A DNA stretch of 19,118 bases from Candidatus Methylomirabilales bacterium (lineage in GTDB: Bacteria; Methylomirabilota; Methylomirabilia; Methylomirabilales; CSP1-5). The position numbers and the translations under genes were made by a program. Below, one piece after another: positions 18,067 to 19,118 of this stretch (position 1 is the stretch's first letter; each line of letters begins with the position of its first letter). The notes under the pieces are model-generated. The model worked only from the letters and a program-made list of their open reading frames with translations, was not told the DNA's origin and did not search any database. The DNA is taken from the NCBI GenBank assembly GCA_046758505.1, contig JBHIAH010000048.1, positions 1 through 19,118 on the forward strand. The letters run 5' to 3'.

Positions 18067-18939
18067 ACGGAGGCACGAGTTGCGCCGTCCTCCGAGGTCA
18101 GCCCTTCCCCTGCCGCCCAGGGGAAGGATGGTAAGGTTTGCGCTGCGTTTGGGGGCGGCTCGGGAAAGCCTCCTCGTCGTTGGCGAAACAGTTTACGGGG
18201 GGTGCCCGCCCGCAGGTCTGCTCCATCGAGAAGGAGCTTCTTTGGTGGACCCATGGTTCAATGGTGCCCGACACCTCGGATGCTCATCGCAAGTGTCTCG
18301 GGGTCCAGACTGTTACTACGGAGGCACGGGTTTCGCCTTCCTCCGAGGTCGGTCTTCCCCTCGCCCAGGAGAAGAGGGTTGAGGGGTCATGGTGGGGGGC
18401 TCGGGAAAGCCCTCCTCGCCGTCGGCGAAACAGCTTGGAGTGGGTGTGCATCCGTCCGTTGGTCCCATCGGGAAAAGCATCGTTTTCGATCCCAGGTGAT
18501 CGACGGCGCTAGGGACCTTGAACAGCCATCGTGAGTGTCACGCGGTCGAGGGTGGGTCAGCCGGGGCGCGGGTTTCGCCATCCGTCGAGGTCGGGCCTCC
18601 CCGAGCCCCACAGGGGGTGAGGCGGACGGCGGGGATCCAAGGACGAGCAAGCCTTTTCGAAACCGGTCCTGATCTTCTCCCCGCCGCAGGCCAACGGGGC
18701 TTAGGAGTCATGATGAGCGGCGCGGGAAACATCGCCTCGTCGTTGGCGAAACAGTTTACGGGGGGTGCCCGCCCGCAGGTCTGCTCCATCGAGAAGGAGC
18801 TTCTTTGGTGGACCCATGGTTCAATGGTGCCCGACACCTCGGATGCTCATCGCAAGTGTCTCGGGGTCCAGACTGTTACTACGGAGGCACGGGTTTCGCC
18901 TTCCTCCGAGGTCGGTCTTCCCCGCGCCGCAGGGGCAGG
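18067..18939. repeat. Tandem array of inverted-repeat-bounded ~214-bp units (three full units plus a lone right arm)
   Basis: Left arms GGGAA..CCTCG..GGCGAAAC end at 18189, 18431 and 18752. Right arms GTTTCGCC..CGAGG..YTCCCC start at 18079 (variant GTTGCGCC), 18330, 18572 and 18893. Each core is 140 bp. 18172-18360 is identical to 18735-18923. Confidence 0.88.
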
Positions 18940-18948
18940 AACTATATT

Positions 18949-18975
18949 CTCGACACTCGACTCTCAGCTCTCGAC
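18949..18975. repeat. Heptamer tandem repeat (CTCGACN-like x4)
   Basis: ctcgaca ctcgact ctcagct ctcgac. Confidence 0.65.
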
Positions 18976-19012
18976 GGTGCCGTCGGAGCCGAAGGGTAGT
19001 GGTGAAAGAAAA

Positions 19013-19118
19013 ATGATACGGGCAAAGATCTATGTGACGCTCAAAGGGGGCGTTCTCGATCCCCAGGGGGAGACGGTCAAGGGGGCGCTGGAGACGCTCG
19101 GGTTTGCCGGTGTGCGGG
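19013..19118 (+). CDS. purS: Phosphoribosylformylglycinamidine synthase subunit PurS (5' part only, runs off the window)
   Basis: Manual translation from ATG 19013 gives MIRAKIYVTLKGGVLDPQGETVKGALETLGFAGVR, with the PurS VLDPQG motif. It follows purC and is absent from the ORF track. Confidence 0.93.
   Translation, partial: MIRAKIYVTLKGGVLDPQGETVKGALETLGFAGVR

Noticed and set aside
18067..18939. CRISPR array or integron attC cassette array
   Set aside because: Repeats alternate in orientation, the 140-bp cores are homologous rather than unique, there are no cas or intI genes, and the GGCGAAAC/GTTTCGCC ends do not fit RYYYAAC/GTTRRRY.
18040..19016. Short ORFs in the purC-purS interval
   Set aside because: They are translations of the repeat units in several frames, with no clear RBS or recognisable domain.

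Overview
GC-rich bacterial chromosomal window made mostly of housekeeping genes. At the left end, a minus-strand OsmC/Ohr-family gene is split in the ORF track by an in-frame TGA. The TGA sits at the peroxidatic-Cys position and is followed by a SECIS-like hairpin, so the gene is most likely one 154-aa selenoprotein. Divergent from it on the + strand are an EF-G paralogue (EF-G2 type), then rimP-nusA-(ylxR/L7Ae fusion)-infB-DUF503-rbfA-DHH(nrnA)-truB-ribF-rpsO-pnp-M16 peptidase, then purB-purC and the start of purS. About 1 kb of non-coding DNA separates purC from purS. It holds three tandem ~214-bp inverted-repeat-bounded units (plus a lone right arm), each with a core of exactly 140 bp. Their outer stems co-vary, units 1 and 3 share 189 identical bp, and heptamer repeats flank the array. 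Other points of note are a possible ATC start codon for nusA, a rimP-leader hairpin and an inverted heptamer repeat between rimP and nusA. No rRNA, tRNA, CRISPR array or intact transposase was seen. All alignments and folds were done by eye.
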